The translations under genes were made by a program, and so were the position numbers. A DNA stretch of 64,000 bases from Mobula hypostoma. Taxonomy: Eukaryota. Below are positions 37,112 to 50,104 of this stretch, piece by piece (position 1 is the stretch's first letter; every line of letters starts with the position of its first letter). The stretch covers positions 116,686,001 through 116,750,000 of the forward strand of contig NC_086107.1 of assembly GCF_963921235.1 (NCBI RefSeq), given 5' to 3'. The notes beneath the pieces were generated by a model. It searched no databases, was not told where the DNA came from, and saw only the letters and a program-made list of their open reading frames with translations.

Positions 37112-37696
37112 GTGAGTGAGCAAAACGCCAATAATTGGAATGGTATGTGAGGCATGTGGGCAGCGGGGACTACATAATGGCATCTGCATGTCATACAGGA
37201 GTTGTGGGTGTGGTGCAAGGGGTATTGATAGAACACAGAGCTGAGCTGAGAAATAGCAGGCAGAGTTTAGTCCTGAAAACTGTGAAGTGATTCACTTTGA
37301 AATGTTGAACTTGAAGGCAGAATACAGGGTTAATGCAGGATTCCTAGCAGTGTGGAAGAACAGAGGAGTCAATGTCCATCGATGTCTCAAAGTTGACAGG
37401 GTGGTTAAGAAGGTGTGGGGTGTGTTGGCCTTCATTAGTCATGAGATTGAGCTCAATAACAGGGAGGGAGTGTTGTAGCTCCGTAAAACTCTGGTCAGAC
37501 TGCACTTGGAATATTCTGTTCAGTTTTGGTCATCGCATTATAGGAAGAACATGGAAGCTTTAGAGAGGGTGCAGGGGAGATTTAGCAGGATGCTGCCTGA
37601 ATTAGAGAGCGTGTCTGATGAGGGAAGCTTGAGCAAGCTAGGGTGTTTCTCTTTGAGTGAAGGATGAGGCGACTTAATAAGAGTTGTACAAGATGA

Positions 37697-38813
37697 TGGG
37701 GCCTTGGGAAAAGTATTCAGCCCCCAATCCTTTGTTCACATAAATGAGTATTACAACCAGTGATTTTTTGAGTATTAACTGAGAGTTTTTATTTTCACAG
37801 TAGAGCCCAAAAAATTGTAAAGCATAAAGAAGTAAAAATTTTAAAATTGAAATGTCAGCGGTTCGAAAGTATTCATCCCCCTCTGCTTAGTACTTAGTTG
37901 AACAACCTCTCGTAGCCATCTCAGCCAGCAGTCTTTTTGGATAAGTCTCTATTAGCTTTGCACAATATAATGGAGCAAGCTTTGCCCAATCCTCGTAAAA
38001 TTATTCCTGGTTAGTTGGGGAGTGGCTGCAGACAGCAACATTGAGTTCTTGCAAGAGATATTTGATCAGGCCAAGGTCAGGACTTTGACTGGGCCCCTCA
38101 AGGACATTAATTTTCTTCATTTGAAACCACTCCATAGATGCTCTGACAGTGTGCTTTGGGTTGCTGTCCAGTAGAAAGATTAGTTTCTTCCACAGTTTAA
38201 GCTTTCTGGCAGAGGCATTAGCAGATTTGTACCCAGGATCTCTGTGTATTTAACGGCATCAATCCTGACCAGATTTCCAGTCCCTGCTTCACATACATTA
38301 CAGCAGGGATGGTGTTATCTGGCTGATGTGCAGTATTAGATTTAGACTTCATGTACCACTGACATGTTGAAGCCAAAATGTTCCAATTTAGTCTCATCCG
38401 ACCACAAGACCTTCTTCCAAATCTTTACTCTGATGCTTTGCAAAGTCTTTATGGGCAAGGATATGCTTTTTTTAGCTAAGGCTTTTTCCTTGCCACTCTT
38501 CCATAAATACCCTTTTTGTGCAAGGCCTTAGAGACTGTGGAGTCGTGAAGTTCATCTCCAGTTGCAGCCACTGACTTCTGCAGTTCACTCAGAGTGACTG
38601 TTGGCCCTCCTTCTCCAGCAACTCAGTTTAGAGGGATGGCCTACCTAGGCAGTGTGGTGTTGGCTTCATATTTTTTCCATTTTTGATTTAACATATGCAC
38701 AATGTTTTGTAGATTAGCTCAAAAAATTCTACTTCAATATATTTTAGATTTAGAAAATTGGGCAGTAAAATGTGAAAATAGTTGTGGGGGCTGAATACTT
38801 TTCCAAGTCTCTG
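37697..38813 (-). mobile_element. Tc1/mariner relic inside a CR1 fragment (CR1 at ~37240-37696 and 38816-39075)
   Basis: TIRs gccttgggaaaagtattcagcccc / ggggctgaatacttttccaagtctctg followed by TA; minus-strand KVLWSDETKLEHFG at ~38375-38415. Confidence 0.85.
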
Positions 38814-39215
38814 TAGATAGAGTGGGCAGCTGGAGGGTGGAATATGAGGGGGTTCATACAAGAGGATCAGGTGATTGGAGGAAAGTATTGGGGGGATGTC
38901 AGAGGAAGGTTTTTTTTTACACAGAGTGGTGGATGCATTACTGGGGTGGTGGTAGATAGGCACATGGATGATAGAAACATGGTGACTGTTCAGGAGGGAA
39001 GGGTTCGATTGATGTTGGGTCAGCAAAATATCATGGGCCAAAGGACCTGGACTGTGCTGTAGTGTTCTATATTGAATTGAATGTGTAACGGAGTCCATGC
39101 ATTGTAGAGGAACCAGGTGCGGGCAGTGGGTACAGCACATAGGGAGGGTCTGTGTTCATGGTCTCTGAGGCGTGTGATTGGAAGAGAATGCTGACTGCCC
39201 CTCCCTCCACTGCAG

Positions 39216-39303
39216 ACACTCTGGATGGAGTGATGAAGAAAGTTCTGCTGGGATCTTTCTGTGCTGCCTTTGCGGTGATGCTGGGACTGATGTGCTGCTT
39301 CCG
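39216..39303 (+). CDS. FIMP/C16orf92-like gene, exon 3 (transmembrane)
   Basis: ccactgcAG acceptor, phase compatible with exon 2. Translates (N)TLDGVMKKVLLGSFCAAFAVMLGLMCCF(R). Donor CG|GTGAGA; read-through also stops at TGA 39305-39307. Confidence 0.75.
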
Positions 39304-39339
39304 GTGAGAGCTCAGAGGCTTCGGGAGTTGAGGGAGAGA

Positions 39340-39850
39340 CACAGCTTGGAAACAGGTCGCACAGCCCAACAGGTCCTTGCCTGACTAGATCCCCACCTGT
39401 CTGCGCTTGGCCCCTATCCCTTTCAACCTTTCCTATCCATGAGCCTATCCAAGTGTCTTTTCAATGTTGTTAATGTACCTGCCTCAGCCACTTCCTCTGG
39501 CAGCTTGTTCCATATACAGACCACCCTCTGGATGAAAACGTTGATCATCGAGTCCCTGCTAAATCTCTCCCCTCTCACCTTAAACCTGTTCCCTCTGGTT
39601 CTTGATTGCCCAACCCTGGGGGAAAAGACTGTGCACATTCACCCTGTCCATACCCCTCGTGGTTTTATACACCTCCATAAGGTCACCCCTCAGTGTCCTG
39701 AACTCCAGGGAATAAAATCCCAACCTGCCCACCCTCTCTCCAGTCCTTCGATTCCTGTCAATCTCCCCTGCATCTCTAACAAGTTAGTGGCATCTTTCCT
39801 ACAGCAGGGTGACCAGAACGGAACACAATTCTCCAAGTGAGGCCTCACGT
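39340..39850 (-). mobile_element. CR1 3' fragment
   Basis: RTRGNRFKVRG...FIQRVVCIWNKLP. Confidence 0.8.
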
Positions 39851-40189
39851 CTCCTTCAGCCCATCACTGCTGCTGGGGCACAGGCCAGCGACAGCCACTC
39901 ACTAGAGTCCTCTGTCTTTCACATCGCCCCCAGATGTAGACCATTTTAACGTCTTTCCTTTCCCAGGGATGAGGTCTTTGGAGCCTCTGTAGCGGTGGGT
40001 TTTTATGGGATGTGGTTGCTAGCCCCATGCCCAGTGACCCTCCTTTCACTGCCGGGCTTTGTACTGTCCATGGCGGAGTTAGACAGCCTTACTCACATCA
40101 TGGACGACTGCAACGTAACATCCCAACTCCTGTACTCAGGTCCCTGACTGATAAAGCCAGTGTGCCAAACATCTTCACTAACATCTTCA

Positions 40190-43100
40190 GCCAGTTAGAA
40201 CAGTGAGAAGAGTTTAAAAGGAGACAGCTTTACAGAGCGGGCAACGGAGTAGAGGGAGACAGAGTAGGAGGGCTTTGTCTTAATGGGACTTTGGTGATAA
40301 CGGGTTGAAGCAAGGTAGGTTGCCTGTGTAGAATACAGACAGGAAGTATGTGTGTGAGGCCAGTGTTCTGTGCTCGGTGTCTGACGTGGGAAGTCCTGGA
40401 GACTCCCAGCCTCCCGGACGGCCACATATGCACCAGGTAGGAGGAGCTGCACCTCCTTAGGGACCGGGTTAGGCAGCTCGATGACCTTCGTCTGGTCAGG
40501 GAGAGTGAGGAGGTGATAGAGAGGAGCTATAGGCAGGTGGTCACACCGGGGCCTGGGGAGACAGATAAGTGGGTAACAGTCAGGAGAGGGAAGGGCAAGA
40601 GTCAGATACTAGAGAGTACCCCTGTGGCTGTCCCCCTTAACAATAAGTACTCCTGTTTGAGTACTGTTGGGGAGGAAGCCTGCCTGAGGGAAGCAACAGT
40701 AGCTGCGCCTCTGACACAGAATCTGGCCCTGTGGCTCAGAAGGGTAGGGAAAGGAAGAGGATGGCAGCAGTGATAGGAGACTCTAGAGTTAGGGGGTCAG
40801 ACAGGCGATTCCGTGGACGCAGGAAAAAAACTTGAAAAAAACAGGACCACAAAAGATAGTAATCTTGGGATTACTGCCTGTGCCACGTGACAGTGAGTAT
40901 ATGAATAGTGAGGTGGAGGATAAATGTGTGGCTGAGGGATTGGAGCAGGGGACAGGGATTCAGATTTCTGGATCATTGGGACCTCTTTTGGGGCAGGTGT
41001 GACCTGTACAAAAAGGACGGGTTGCATTTGAATCCCAGTGAGGCCAATAACCTGGTGGGGAGGTTTGCTAAGGCTATTGAGCAGAGTTTTAATTAGAATT
41101 GCTGGGGTGTGGGAACCGAACTGAAGAGACGGAGGAAGAGGCGGTTGGCTCACAAATAGAGAAAGCTTGTAGACAGTATGAGAGGACAGATAGGCAGGTG
41201 ATAGAGAATGGATGCGCTCAGACCAACAGTTTGAGATGTCTATTTTAATGTAAGGAGTATTATGAACAAGCGGATGAGCTTAGAGCGTGGATCAGTACTT
41301 GGAGCTATGATGTTGTGGCCATCACAGAGACTTGGATGGCTCAGGGGCATAGAAACATAGAAAATAGGTGCAGGAGTAGGCCATTCGGCCCTTCGGCCCT
41401 TCAAGCCTGCACCGCCATTCAGTATGATCATGGCTGATCATCCAACTCAGAACCCTGTACCTGCCTTCCCTCCATACCCCCTGATCCCCTTAGCCACAAG
41501 GGCCATATCTAACTCCCTCTTAAATATAGCCAATGAACTGGCCTCAACTGTTTCCTGTGGCAGAGAATTCCACAGATTCACCACTCTCTGTGTGAAGAAG
41601 TTTTTCCTAATCTTGGTCCTAAAAGGCTTCCCCTTTATCCTCAAACTGTGACCCCTCATTCTGGACTTCCCCAACATCGGGAACAATCTTCCTGCATCTA
41701 GCCTGTCCAATCCCTTTAGGATTTTATACGTTTCAATCAGATCCTCCCTCAATCTTCTAAATTCCAACGAGTAAAAGCCTAGTTCATCCAATCTTTCATC
41801 ATATGAAAGTCCTGCCATCCCAGGAATCAATCTGGTGAACCTTCTTTGTACTCCCTCTATGGCAAGGATGTCTTTCCTCAGATTAGGGGACGAAAACAGC
41901 ACACAATACTCCAGGTGTGGTCTCACCAAGGCCTTGTACAACTGCAGTAGTACCTCCCTGCTCCTGTACTCAAATCCTCTCGCTATAAATACCAGCATAC
42001 CATTCGCCTCTTTCACCGCCTGCAGTACCTGCATGCCCACTTTCAATGACTGGTGTATAATGACACCCAGGTCTTGTTGCACCTCCCCTTTTCCTAATTG
42101 GCCACCATTCAGATAATAATCTGTTTTCCTGTTTTTTGCCACCAAAGTGGATAACTTCACATTTATCCACATTAAATTGCATCTGCCATGAATTTGCCCA
42201 CTCACCTAACCTATCCAAGTCACCCTGCATCCTCTTAGCATCCTCCTCACAGCTAACACTGCCGCCCAGCTTCGTGTCATCCGCAAACTTGGAGATGCTG
42301 CATTTAATTCCCTCATCCAAGTCATGAATATATATTGTAAACAACTGGGGTCCCAGCACTGAGCCTTGCGGTACCCCACTAGTCACTGCCTGCCATTCTG
42401 AAAAGGTCCCATTTATTCCCACTCTTTGCTTCCTGTCTGCCAACCAATTCTCTATCCACATCAATACCATACCCCCAATACCGTGTGCTTTAAGTTTGCA
42501 CACTAATCTCCTGTGTGGGACCTTGTCAAAAGCCTTTTGAAAATCCAAATATACCACATCCACTGGTTCTCCCCTATCCACTCTACTAGTTACATCCTCA
42601 AAAAATTCTATGAGATTCGTCAGACATGATTTTCCTTTCACAAATCCATGCTGACTTTGTCCGATGATTTCACCGCTTTCCAAATGTGCTGTTATCACAT
42701 CTTTGATAACTGACTGTAGCAGTTTCCCCACCACCGATGTTAGGCTAACCGGTCTATAATTCCCTGGTTTCTCTCTCCCTCCTTTTTTAAAAAGTGGGGT
42801 TACATTAGCAACCCTCCAATCCTCAGGAACTAGTCCAGAATCTAAAGAGTTTTGAAAAATTATCACTAATGCATCCACTATTTCTTGGGCTACTTCCTTA
42901 AGCACTCTGTGATGCAGACCATCTGGTCCTGGGGATTTATCTGCCTTTAATCCCTTCAATTTACCTAACACCACTTCCCTTCTAACATGTATTTCCCTCA
43001 GTTCCTCCATCTCACTGGACCCTCTGTCCCCTACTATTTCCGGAAGATTATTTATGGCTACTTAGAGTACCAGGCTTTAGATGTTTCAGAAAGGACAGGG

Positions 43101-44160
43101 AGGGAGGCAAAAGAGGTGGGGGCGTGGCACTGCTGATCAGAGATAGTGTCACGGCTGCAGAAAAGGAGGAAGTCATGGAGGGATTGTCTATTGAGTCTCT
43201 GTGGGTGGAAGTTAGGAACAGGAAGAGGTCAATAACTCTACTGGGCATTTTTTATAGACCACCCAATAGTAACAGGGACATCGAGGAGCAGATAGGGAGA
43301 CACATTCTGGAAAGGTGTAATGATAACAGGGTTGCCGTGGTGGGAGATTTTAATTTCCCAAATATTGATTGGCATCTCCCTGGAGCGAGGGGTTTAGATG
43401 GGGTGGAGTTTGTTAGGTGTGTTCAGGAAGGTTTCCTGACACAATATGTAGATAAGCCTACAAGTGGAGAGGCTGTACTTGATCTGGTATTGGGAAATGA
43501 ACCTAGTCAGCTGTCAGATCTCTCAGTGGGAGAGTAGTTTGGAGATAGTGATCATAATTCTATCTCCTTTACCATAGCATTGGAGAGGGATAGGAACAGA
43601 CAAGTTAGGAAAGCGTTTAATTGAAGTAAGTAAATATGAGGCTATCAGGCAGGAATTTGGAAGCATAAATTGGGAACAGATATTCTCAGGGAAATATACA
43701 GCAGAAATATGGCAAATGGTCAGGGGGTATTTGCGTGGTGATCTGCATAGGAACGTTCCAATGAGACAGGGAAAGGATGGTAGGGTACAGGAACCGTGGT
43801 GTACAAAGGCTGTTGTAAATCTAATGAAGAAGAACAGAAAAGCTTACGAAAGGTTCAAAAAACTAGGTAATGATAGAGATCTAGAAGATTATAAGGCTAG
43901 CAGGAAGGAGCTTAAGAATGAAATTAGGAGAGCCAGAAGGGGCCATGAGAAGGCCTTGGTGAGCAGGATTATGGAAAATCCCAAGGCATTCTACCAGTAT
44001 GTGAAGAGCAAGAGGATAAAATGAGGGAGAATAGGACCAATCAAGTGTGACAGTGGCAAAGTGTGTATGGAACCGGAGGAGATAGCAGAGGTACTTAATG
44101 AATACTTTGCTTCAGTATTCACTACGGAAAAGGATCTTGGCAATTGTAGGGATGACTTGT
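40190..44160 (+). mobile_element. CR1 5' part (ORF1 and ORF2 APE), split by a nested antisense CR1
   Basis: ORF1 MCVRPVFCARC...; FLDHWDLFWG...DGLHLN; APE YRPPN, VGDFNFP, LDLVLGN. Confidence 0.85.
41348..43055 (-). mobile_element. Young CR1, 5'-truncated, antisense
   Basis: 346-aa open RT (41970-43010) plus C-terminal ORF; (tttctatg)n tail. Confidence 0.92.
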
Positions 44161-44459
44161 GCTGTAGGTTTTCTGTGTTTTCTAACATGTCTACTTCTGA
44201 GGCCACTTTCAGGGAACGACATTCCTGAAACATTCGGTCACTCTGTTCTACAACACTGTCCAGGGTCCTACCACTCACTGTGAAAGTTCTCCACTGGTTT
44301 GTCTTCCCGAGTTGCAACAGCTCACACTTATCAGAATTAAACTGCATTTGCCATTGTTCAGCCCACTTTTCCAGCTGATCAAGAACCCCCTGTAAATCTT
44401 GATAGCCATCTGCACTGATGACCACATCACCATTTGTAGTGTCACTTGCAGAGGAGGGA

Positions 44460-44820
44460 TTGTGGATGTCAAGGGGAGTGGAGAGTTGGGAGTGAGAGGG
44501 AGGGAGGGTTGGAATTGATGGGAAGGAGGGAGGTGGGAGTGTCTGGGCGTAAAGAGTGGTAGGGAGAAGGGAGGTGGGAGTAACGAGGAGGGTGGGAGAT
44601 GAAGGGGAGGAGAGAGGGAGTGATGGGGTTGTGGCGGGAGTGATGAGGAGAGAATGGTGGGAGGAGGGTGGCAATGAAGGGAAGGAGGGAGAGAGTGATG
44701 GGGTTGTGGGGCGGGGGAGTGACTAGAAGGAGAGAGTGACGGGTTGGAGGAAGGGAGTGATGGGACGGTGAGCAGGTGAAATGGAATGGTAGGGGGTGCA
44801 GTGGATGGGGAGGGAGGGGT
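44460..44820. repeat. GA-rich low-complexity tract
   Basis: Direct inspection. Confidence 0.8.
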
Positions 44821-44853
44821 CTATCTACCCACTCACTCTTTTGTTTTCTGTAG

Positions 44854-44985
44854 GTAAAACTCAATGTCTCCAGAGCAAATATTTGAATTCAAGCAACCTC
44901 TGGCAATTAACAATAGATCTACTGGATTTGTTTTTATTCTGTGTTTGTATTGCTCCACATTCATTAAATATTCACAATATCTGAT
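44854..44985 (+). other. Candidate terminal exon / 3' UTR of the FIMP-like gene
   Basis: Unique island with a strong acceptor (ctcttttgttttctgtAG). Splicing from 39303 gives CG|G TAA (Arg, stop); ATTAAA at 44963-44968. Confidence 0.4.
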
Positions 44986-44999
44986 GTGAAGAATCTCAG

Positions 45000-45820
45000 T
45001 GTGGAGGGTAAAATGTTGGTGGAATTGTGGACAGTGTAGAAGGCTGCCAAGTGATACAGTGGGATATAGGCCAGTTACAGATAGGGCGAAGAAATGGCAG
45101 ATGGCGTTTAACCCGGACAGGTGTGAGAGGTTAAACTTTGGGAGGTCAAATACAAAGGGACAGGGCACAGTTAATGGCAGGAGGGATCCTGGGGTCCATG
45201 TCCACAACTTCATGAAAGTTTCTGCACAGGTTGACAGGGTGGTGAAGAAGGCGTATGGCACATTTGTCTTCATCAGTCGGGGTATTGAGCAGAAGAATGA
45301 GGAGGTCATGTTGTTGTCTAAAACTCTGATTAGACCATATATGGCATATTGAATTCAGTTCTGGTCACCCTATGAAAGAAAGGGTGTGGGGTTTTGGACG
45401 GGGTGCTTAAGAGGGTCACCAGGATGCTGACTGGATTAGAGGGCCTGAGTGTAAGGAAAGGTTGGACAAACTTGGGTTGTTTTCTCTGGAGCGGCGGAAA
45501 GCAAGGGCAGACCTGAAAGAGGTTCTCACAGATAGACAGCTGGTATCCTGATCCCCAGGATGGAAATGTCTAACATCAGCAGGGATGAAGGGGGAAGTTC
45601 AAAGGAGACGAGTGAGAAAGATCTTTGCACAGAGAATGGTGGGTGGCTGCAGTGTGCTGCCAGGAGTGGTCGTGGAGGCAGACACGATAGAGGTGATTAA
45701 CAGTCTTAGAGAAAGACATGGAATTGCAGAAATGGAGGGAGATGGACATTGTGTAGGTGAAGGGATTTTGTATCATCATTATAACTAGTTCGACATAACA
45801 TCGTGGGTCCAAGGATACTC
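45000..45820 (+). mobile_element. Degraded CR1 3' fragment
   Basis: KWQMAFNPDRCE...VDRVVKKAYG. Confidence 0.75.
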
Positions 45821-46409
45821 TGTACCCAGTGAGGGCTTCGAGAGCTCCTGGGGCAGATATAACACACATGCACACACAGTTCCTTCTACCTCACCCCCAG
45901 TCTGTACTCATTGCGATATTCCACAGTATCTTTCCTGGACAGAGACCCAGAGCTGGTGAGGACGAGGGTGGGTGTAAAAGATATTTAATATCATATACAA
46001 AACTGTGCAAAGTACAAAGTTTCAACTCACACCAACCCTTGAGGTAGATATACTGGTCCCCTCCCTTCTCATTCACCCAGGACTCAAACATGAAGGCACA
46101 AGGTGGCCTTCATTAGTCGGGGGATTGAGTTCAAGATCTGCAACCCTGGTCAGACCACACTTGGAATATTGTGTTCAGTTCTCATTGCATCATTACAGGA
46201 AGATGTAGAAGGCTTAGAGAGGGTGCAGAGGAGATTCACCAGGATGCGGCCTGGTTTAGAGAGCATGTTGTATGAGGAAAGTTTAAGCAAGCTAGGGTTT
46301 TTCCCTTTGGAATGCAGGAGGATGAAAGGTGATCTGATAGAGGTGTACGAGATAATGAGGCACAAAGTAAGTGGACAGCCAGTGCCTTTCCCCCAGGGTA
46401 AAGATGGCT

Positions 46410-48382
46410 GGAGTCGCTTAGCAATTTTGTGCAAAGGTGTTTATAAGGCAGCATATATGAGGTTTAGGAAGCAAGGATCACATGGGTCTATTAAGGAATA
46501 TAGGGAAGCAAGAAAGGAGCTTAAGAAGGGGCTGAGAAGAGCAAGAAGGGGGCATGATAAGGCCTTGGCGAGTAGGATAAAGGAAAACCCCAAGGCATTC
46601 TTCAATTACGTGAAGAAAAAAAGATGACAGGAGTGAAGGTAGGACTGATTAGAGATAAAGGTGGGAAGATGTGCCTGGAGGCTGTGGAAGTGAGCGAGGT
46701 CCTCAGTGAATACTTCTCTTTGGTATTCACCAATGAGAGGGAACTTGATGATGGTGAGGACAATATGAGTGAGGTTGATGTTCTGGAGCATGTTGATATT
46801 AAGGGAGAGGAGGTGTTGGAGTTGTTAAAATACATTAGGACAGATAAGTCCCTGGGGCATTATGGAATATTCCCCAGGCTGCTCCACGAGGCGAGAGAAG
46901 AAATTGCTGAGCCTCTGGCTAGGATCTTTATGTCCTCGTTGTCCACGGGAATGGTACCGGAGGATTGGAGGGAGGCGAATGTTGTTCCCTTGTTCAAAAA
47001 AGGTAGTAGGGATAGTCCGGGTAATTATAGACCAGTGAGCCTCATGTCTGTGGTGGGAAAGCTGTTGGAAAAGATTCTTAGAGATAGGATCTATAGGCAT
47101 TTAGAGAATCATGGTCTGATCAGGGACAGTCAGCATGGCTTTGTGAAGGGCAGATCGTGTCTAACAAGCCTGATAGAGTTCTTTGAGGAGGTGACCAGGC
47201 ATATAGATGAGGGTAGTGCAGTGGATGTGATCTATATGGATTTTAGTAAGGCATTTGACAAAGTTCCACACGGTAGGCTTATTCAGAAAGTTAGAAGGCA
47301 TGGGATCCAGGGAAGTTTGGCCAGGTGGATTCAGAATTGGCTTGCCTGCAGAAGGCAGAGGGTGGTGGTGGAGGGAGTACATTCAGATTGGAGGATTGTG
47401 ACTAGTGGTGTCCCACAAGGATCTGTTCTGGGACCTCTACTTTTCGTGATTTTTATTAATGACCTGGATGTGGGGGCAGAAGGGTGGTTGACACATTTGC
47501 AGACGACACAAAGGTTGGTGGTGTTGTAGATAGTGTAGAGGATTGTCAAAGATTGCAGAGAGACATTGATGCAGAAGTGGGCTGAGAAGTGGCAGATGGA
47601 GTTCAACCCGGAGAAGTGTGAGGTGGTACACTTTGGAAGGACAAACTCCAAGGCAGAGTACAAAGTAAATGGCAGGATACTTGGTAGTGTGGAGGAGCAG
47701 AGGGATCTCGGGGTACATGTCCACAGATCCCCGAAAGTTGCCTCTCAGGTGGATAGGGTAGTTAAGAAAGCTTATGGGGTGTTAGCTTTCATAAGTCAAG
47801 GGATAGAGTTTAAGAGTCGCGATGTAATGATGCAGCTCTATAAAACTCTGGTTAGGCCACACTTGGAGTATTGTGTCCAGTTCTGGTCACCTCACTATAG
47901 GAAGGATGTGGAAGCATTGGAAAGGGTACAGAGGAGATTTACAAGGATGCTGCCTGGTTTAGAAAGTATACATTATGATCAGAGATTAAGGGAGCTAGGG
48001 CTTTACTCTTTGGAGAGAAGGAGGATGAGAGGAGACATGGTAGAGGTGTACAAGATAATAAGAGGAATAGATAGAGTGGACAGCCAGCGCCTCTTCCCCA
48101 GGGCACCACTGCTCAATACAAGAGGATATGGCTTTAAGGTAAGGGGTGGGAAGTTCAAGGGGGATATTAGAGGAAGGTTTTTTACTCAGAGAGTGGTTAG
48201 TGCGTGGAATGCACTGCCTGAGTCAGTGGTGGAGGCAGATACACTAGTTAAGTTTAAGAGACTACTAGACAGGTATATGGAGGAACTTAAGGCGGGGGCT
48301 TATATGGGAGGCAGGGTTTGAGGGTCGGCACAACATTGTGGGCCGAAAGGCCTGTACTGTGCTGTACTATTCTATGTTCTAT
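46410..48382 (+). mobile_element. CR1, 5'-truncated ORF2; an older CR1 piece precedes it at ~46100-46405
   Basis: RT ORFs 46624-47529 and 47566-48321; (ttctatg)n tail. Confidence 0.92.
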
Positions 48383-49459
48383 GAAAAATCAAACTTACAA
48401 AAATTAGCAAAAATAGCAAAAAGAAAACCTCCAATACTTACAAAAAGATATCTACGATCAAACACCCATTCTAGCTACGTACTATTTTGTGCATTGTGAA
48501 CTCCTGGCAGTCCTGATCTCTCTCTCTGCCACTTAGAGCGAACTGCCCGATTCCTTTCAGCACGAGGACGTACCATCTTTAATTATCCACAAAGTTAAGA
48601 ATTAGAATATGATGTATCCCACAACATAGTTACAATATTACAAAATGAACAGAAGTCTTGACCTGAAATACAGTAGATTAGCAACATTACAAAAGAAATG
48701 GAATATTCTGCCGTGTGTGGCAGGAAAGGCACCACAAAGCCAACCCGAGATCATCGGCCCGATTTAGGACCCGTGATGAGAAGACACTGAGAGACACACA
48801 CTCAGCACAATGGCAAGGAAATGTCTGTGTGTGTTTACTGAGTGCTCTCCATCATGTTACCACCCTTCTCTTCTGCAACAATGATATTCAGCAGCCGAGA
48901 CAGGTAGTCTGCTGTCACATTTTCTTTTCCTCCTGTATGATGGACACAGAATTTGAAGAGTTGGAGCTCCAAGTATCGCCGTGTCACTCTGGCAATGACT
49001 CTGGACCCTTCATTGTTTGAATCCATGTCAATGCTATGTGGTTGGTGTAAAGGTCAGATTCCCTGCCAAGGAGGTCATACTGGAGGCTGTCACAGGCCCA
49101 CTTAATGGCCAGACACACCTTTCCAATGGGGAAACACCTGTATCCCTTGGGAGGGGTTTTTGGCTCAGGTAAGGGTCAGGTAGTCAAGTCGCTCTTTTCC
49201 AGGCTCTCCCTGTGCTGGCTTTGCTCCAATGCCTACTCCTGAGGCACCTACCTGGACAAGGAACAGTTAAAGTCTGGGCTCTGAAGAACAGCTGAGCTTT
49301 AAGGGTTTGAAAAACATTTTCACACTTACTTGTCCACATCACTGGGTTGCTTACAGACTTTGCTGTAAGATTAGATGCAGCAAGTGTGGTGGATTTGGGG
49401 AATGAACCTGCGATACCATCCGACCAGACTGTTGGTCAGAAAAAACTACAGAGTCACAA

Positions 49460-50095
49460 TCAGAATCAGGGTTATTATCATCGGAATGTGACGTGAAATT
49501 TGTTAACGTAGCAGCAGCAGTTCAATGCAATACATAATCTAGCAGAGAGAGAAAAAAATAATAAAATACACAAAATAATAAATAAACAAGTAAATCAATT
49601 ACGTATATTGAATAGATTTAAAAGAATGTGCAAAAACAGAAATACTGTATAGTAAAAAAAGTGAGGTAGTGTCCGAAGCTTCAATGTCCTTTTAGGAATT
49701 GGATGGCAGAGTGGAAGAGGCTGTTCCTGAATCGCTGAGTGTGTGCCTTCAGGCTTCTGTATCTCCTACCTGATTGTAACAGTGAGAAAAGGGCATGCCC
49801 TGGGTGCTGGAGGTCCTTAATAATGGACGCTGCCTTTCTGAGACACCGCTCCCTAAAGATGTCCAGGGTACTTTGTAGGCTGGTACCCAAGATGGAGCTG
49901 ACTAGATTTACAACCTTCTGCTGCTTCTTTCGGTCCTGTGCAGTAGCCCCTCCATACCAGACAGTGATGCAGCCTGTCAGAATGCTCTCCACAGCACATC
50001 TATTGAAGATTTTGAGTGTATTTGTTGACATGCCAAATCTCTTCAAATTCCCAACAAAGTATAGTCGCTGTCTTGCCTTCTTTATAACTACATTG
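49460..50095 (-). mobile_element. Rex1/Babar-type LINE 3' portion
   Basis: RCAVESILTGCITVWYG...DRKKQQKVV...HPGHALFSLLQSGRRYRS. Confidence 0.85.
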
Positions 50096-50104
50096 ATAAC
50101 TACA

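Noticed and set aside
36433..39384. Track ORFs 36433-36816 (-), 36931-37236 (-), 39067-39369 (-) and 39178-39384 (+)
   Set aside because: Antisense or off-frame shadows of the spliced + strand FIMP-like exons, which have the splice signals and a coherent topology.
49681..50046. Host gene with a DUF1891-like domain
   Set aside because: C-terminus of a Rex1/Babar LINE that recurs as several fragments in this window.
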